Assembly: GCA_013239625.1 (NCBI GenBank)
Contig: MU053934.1
Span: 7,459,352-7,523,351, forward strand
Source: Lama guanicoe
Lineage: Eukaryota
Direction: 5' to 3'
Length of the DNA stretch: 64,000 nucleotides
Shown: one piece after another, positions 62,101-64,000 of the stretch
Layout of the letters: every line of letters starts with the position of its first letter
How positions within the stretch are numbered: position 1 is the stretch's first letter
Made by a program: the position numbers and the translations under genes
The notes under the pieces: generated by a model
Told to the model about the DNA's origin: nothing
What the model saw: the letters and a program-made list of their open reading frames with translations, nothing else
Databases searched by the model: none

Positions 62101-64000
62101 TCTGGATCCAAAGCCCTTACTCCACTCTTCCATGATGTGGCTTCTCTGAATGAGGATGCTTTGAACCTAATCATGGCGGTGAGAGTAAGTTCCCTGGGTA
62201 TTTATGCTTACAAACCTCCCCTGACTCAACACACTGATATCTCCAAAGCCCAGGGCAAAAAGCCCCCTCCTCTCCGAAGTCTTCCTGGTGCCTGGCAGAA
62301 TTTGCTGGCTCCTGGCTCCCAGACGAAGCATACTTTTGTTTACAACTTTCTTCCTTTGCCCTGGATCTCAGGCTTGGCCATCCTGTCTCTGCTCTGGGCT
62401 GAGGACAGACCTGAGTCTCCTGCATATCCCTGCACCCAGCAGAGGGTCAGGCTGAGTGGGTGCTCAGGAGTCAGCAGGATAAACTGAATGGCACCTGTGT
62501 GCTTGCGCACACCCGTGACAGGGACCACCACCATCCAAGGCCAGTCCCCTGGAGCAGGGCGCCATCCTTGTTCCTTCTAGGCATGCAGAGGGGGCTCATT
62601 CAAGGCTCTCCACAGCCTGCCCAGCTCTCCAGTAGCCCCACTTCCTTCCACTGTTCTCCAAACACACACTGTCAATCACCCGTGCCTTAATGTGTAAACG
62701 TGCACCTCTTCCTGGGACCCACTCTCCCTCCTTGTCCAGACAGGAGTTCTTCCTGCCTCTAAATCCCCCCCAAATTTTGTTCATTCATTCCCTCTGCTAA
62801 CACTGAGTACCTACTATGTGTTCCACTCCCCGTGAGCTGCAGGGGCACCTAAGGGTATACCACTGGTTAAGCCCCTGCTCCCTGAGCCGCCAGCATGTTG
62901 GATCCAAGTATGGAGGGGGAAGGCTTCATGGAGGAAGTCATGGGAGCTCAGCCAAGGAGGGCTGGGACATTTGTGATCTGAGGCTGGAGGATGAGGAAGA
63001 GGAATTCTGGAAGCAGAGTCTTGTGGAAGGTACAGAGCAGGGCGTCGGTGGGGCTGCCTGCAGGAGTTCTGGAAGCTTTGTGGCCTGCATATTCTTTATC
63101 AAATAGACTCCACCAGGGCTCTCACAGACCCGGCCCGAACTGGGTCCTCATGGCCCCTCTTCCTACCAGTCCTGCTGGCAGAGGGGACAGTCCCTGGGGA
63201 AGACAGCTATGCAGCCTGACAAGGCCGAGTGTCATGAGCCCCAAGGCCTCGGGCGGAGGCTGCGCCCATGTGCAGCGGAGGCCCTGGGTGGGGTGCGGGG
63301 AGGGCTCTGCCCCTGAATCGTGCTGGCAGTTCTTGGGCCTTCATTATTATTTACGACCACAGGTGACTGTTCCCAGAAGGCAGGGTGCTCCTCGGCACAG
63401 GGACTCAGCTACAAAGCAGAGAGGAGGCCCCGGGGGTTCCAGGGCAGACTCTGGGAGGCTCCTCTCGGGAAACTCGTTTAATTGGCAACAGAAGAACTAA
63501 AGGACAGAGTGTAGAGAAAGGACCCGAGGCTCCAGCTCTGTGAGGGTTTGGCATGGAGCTCATTGTGGGCTGCCTGGACCAACCAGGTCACCCTCTGGAA
63601 GGCCCCAGCCTGCAGCCTTCCCGGGAGGACGTTTAGCACACAAACGCATCTTCAGCTGTGCCACCAGGACTGCTGGAGCCTTAGCCCTTCTGGGTCAGGC
63701 TGGGGGTGGCAGGTGGGGGTGCGGGGAAGGGAGGGAAAGCTGAACTGCAGGAGCCCCGCCCTGGGCTCAGCCGGCGGGGCTGGGAGGCACCCTCTGAATC
63801 AGATGGTTCCAGCAAGGTCTGGGGTGAGAGACACAGGGCCTGCGCTCCTCCGAGGCTGCTCCCCAGCCTGGGGCCCCGTGCCTGGTGCGCAGTGAGCTCT
63901 CATTTGTTCAGCAGACAGCTGAGGGAGGATGGAAGGTGGGAGGGAGGGCGAGCGGGAGAGAAGGGCGCCAAGGAGGGCAAAGAGGGACCTCGCTCCAGCT

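Overview
GC-rich mammalian genomic DNA, probably a camelid judging from a Vic-1-like tRNA SINE (inference). The whole window lies inside SCUBE1 (signal peptide-CUB-EGF domain protein 1), which is transcribed on the minus strand. Seven phase-1/phase-1 coding exons are present, each encoding one EGF-like module (EGF3-EGF9; exons 4-10 by analogy with human; 858 nt, 286 codons): 58573-58707, 34786-34911, 30605-30721, 11562-11678, 6196-6318, 3616-3732 and 2032-2154. All flanking splice sites are GT-AG. The rest is intron containing MIR, L2, MLT1 and MER-type fossils, one younger SINE, a tiny L1 tail, microsatellites and two N-gaps. Almost all ORFs in the supplied track are GC-rich noise. The most interesting signals concern splicing. 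(1) A 3 x 42-bp minisatellite has triplicated the exon-10 donor as identical, in-frame, stop-free copies. (2) The proximal ~3 kb of intron 6 holds a cluster of strong phase-1 acceptors, three UGCAUG motifs, a UG-rich tract and an in-frame 'ETCAV' echo of exon 7. These surround an assembly gap that probably hides the cassette exon known from other SCUBE1/SCUBE2 proteins. Repeat family names and comparisons with orthologues come from recall, not from database searches.
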